A stretch of DNA of 64,000 nt from positions 12,772,001 through 12,836,000 of the forward strand of contig OZ316776.1 in NCBI GenBank assembly GCA_973851085.1. The letters run 5' to 3'. Positions 62,901 to 64,000 of the stretch are shown here, piece by piece; within the stretch, counting starts at the first letter, position 1; each line of letters starts with the position of its first letter. The notes under the pieces are model-generated. The model made no database searches, was not told where the DNA came from, and was given only the letters and a program-made list of their open reading frames with translations. Both the position numbers and the translations under genes were made by a program. This stretch comes from Ptychomitrium polyphyllum. Taxonomy: Eukaryota.

Positions 62901-63310
62901 AACAGGCAGAGACGAAATTGAATCTTATAACTATAAATCAACGACGAGAGCAATTGTTCAGCTGGAGCAATTGCAGACAATGCAGAGCTCAAAACAGAAA
63001 CATGGATTTTCACTATTGAGCTTTAGAATGCAGGCTAACAATTGTGAGGGGTTTGAAAAACCCAAACCCTAAAAATATCAACTCACTTGTCCAAAACGAG
63101 CTGCTCGAGCGTCCGGGCGAGACCCAAACTCGATCGACGCAGAATTTGAGCCGATTCCGGGTCGCGAATGAGGCGGTGCAGCGACGCCACGGCTCGCAGC
63201 GCGTCGTCGCTAGACGACGTTGTTGAATTCGCAGCATCAATAAAAGAACACGCAGCAGCAGCGACTTGCTGCTGCTGCTGCTGCAGCAACGGCGTCATCG
63301 CTTCAAGCAT
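47933..63310 (-). CDS. SMG1: Serine/threonine-protein kinase SMG1 (PIKK family, NMD kinase), about 3,737 aa
   Basis: 19 phase-consistent exons: 63310-63087, 62298-62093, 61965-61166, 60928-60790, 60675-59105, 59010-56737, 56485-56297, 56028-55914, 55774-52283, 52073-51937, 51744-51511, 51057-50706, 50500-50330, 50218-50088, 49772-49671, 49469-49182, 48982-48370, 48225-48150, 48032-47933. Motifs: RLRTHLGGPTQTF, TKTKPKK, YLLKGREDLRLDARIMQ, GLGDRHLDNIL, HIDYNVCFDKG, VPFRLT, a long post-kinase insertion, and FATC NLSNMYEGWTPWV*. Confidence 0.96.
51083..51110. repeat. (GAAGAT)n microsatellite in an SMG1 intron
   Basis: About four consecutive gaagat units. Confidence 0.85.
62371..62419. repeat. 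20-bp tandem repeat x2.5 in SMG1 intron 1
   Basis: aattcgacaagagctgcaca aattcgacaagagctgcata aattcgaca. Confidence 0.85.
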
Positions 63311-64000
63311 GATCGACACAGCAGGGCACCACCATGGGCGCCTCCATCAACAACTTCACCCAGAAACCAAAACCCAACGATTCCCCGCTCCCATCACGCA
63401 CGCCCCAGATGACTTTTCTTTCCGCACTCACACACTGCCTCCCAAAACCGGTTTCACCTTCAAACCCACATGAACAGAAGGCCAAAAGACCGCCTCTCCG
63501 ACAACCCCTTCCTCTTCCCCTCTTTTCCTTTTCGCCGTCACTTTCCTTCCGCTCACTTACTTTTCTTTCCCAGCCTTCTGCTTTCCTTCTCAATACAGAC
63601 CAGAAATAGGACCCTCAGGACGGCATGAATCATCGTTTTCATTCCACCCAGATAGACTTTCAGTTCATTTCAGAGATCCCTGCTGGAGAGTGAGTTTTCG
63701 TTCGGTTGTTGCAAGCCAGATTCAATTGATATCGTTGCGTTACAAGGCGGACGAAGGTGAGGCAGCGGCAAGAATTGGCCATGTTGTACGTTGTAAGTCG
63801 GAGACACTACTCTGGTACTGTAAGGAGTTCATGTTCTCAGCTTGTATCATTTTCTCGATTCCAATCTGTTCATGCGCAGCTTCTGCTTTTGAGAGAGACC
63901 AGCTCGCTGCTTCCTCGGTAAGCTAGAGTGTGAGGGTTTGGGATGATTGACTCGTCGACTTAACCTCGTGGCTATGCTAAGTTCTCTTTTCGAAAGATTA

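Overview
Eukaryotic, intron-rich land-plant nuclear DNA, most likely a moss or other bryophyte. This is inferred from a full-length SMG1, a radial-spoke MORN gene and a Tcn1-type chromovirus. Left to right: the 3' end of an unidentified gene; a 13-exon uridine/pantothenate-kinase-like P-loop gene (+); PRA1.B (+); a 12-exon LdpA-like Fe-S protein gene (-) head-to-head with an RSP10/RSPH1-like MORN gene (+); a 14-kb nest of two chromovirus LTR retrotransposons; an F-box/LRR gene (+); and a 19-exon SMG1 gene (-, about 3,737 aa). In the nest, a young Galadriel-like element (-) sits inside an older, decayed Tcn1/Tf1-sushi-like element (+), which itself interrupts an older dispersed repeat. The most interesting signals are: (1) the outer element appears to self-prime, has an intact -1 frameshift cassette, and carries an unexplained extra ORF after pol; (2) SMG1 has candidate NMD-triggering features, namely an overlapping uORF and up to three 3'UTR introns; (3) the inner element has a duplicated PPT module. 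All gene models and family calls were made by eye, from splice-phase consistency and remembered family motifs. No database searches were run.
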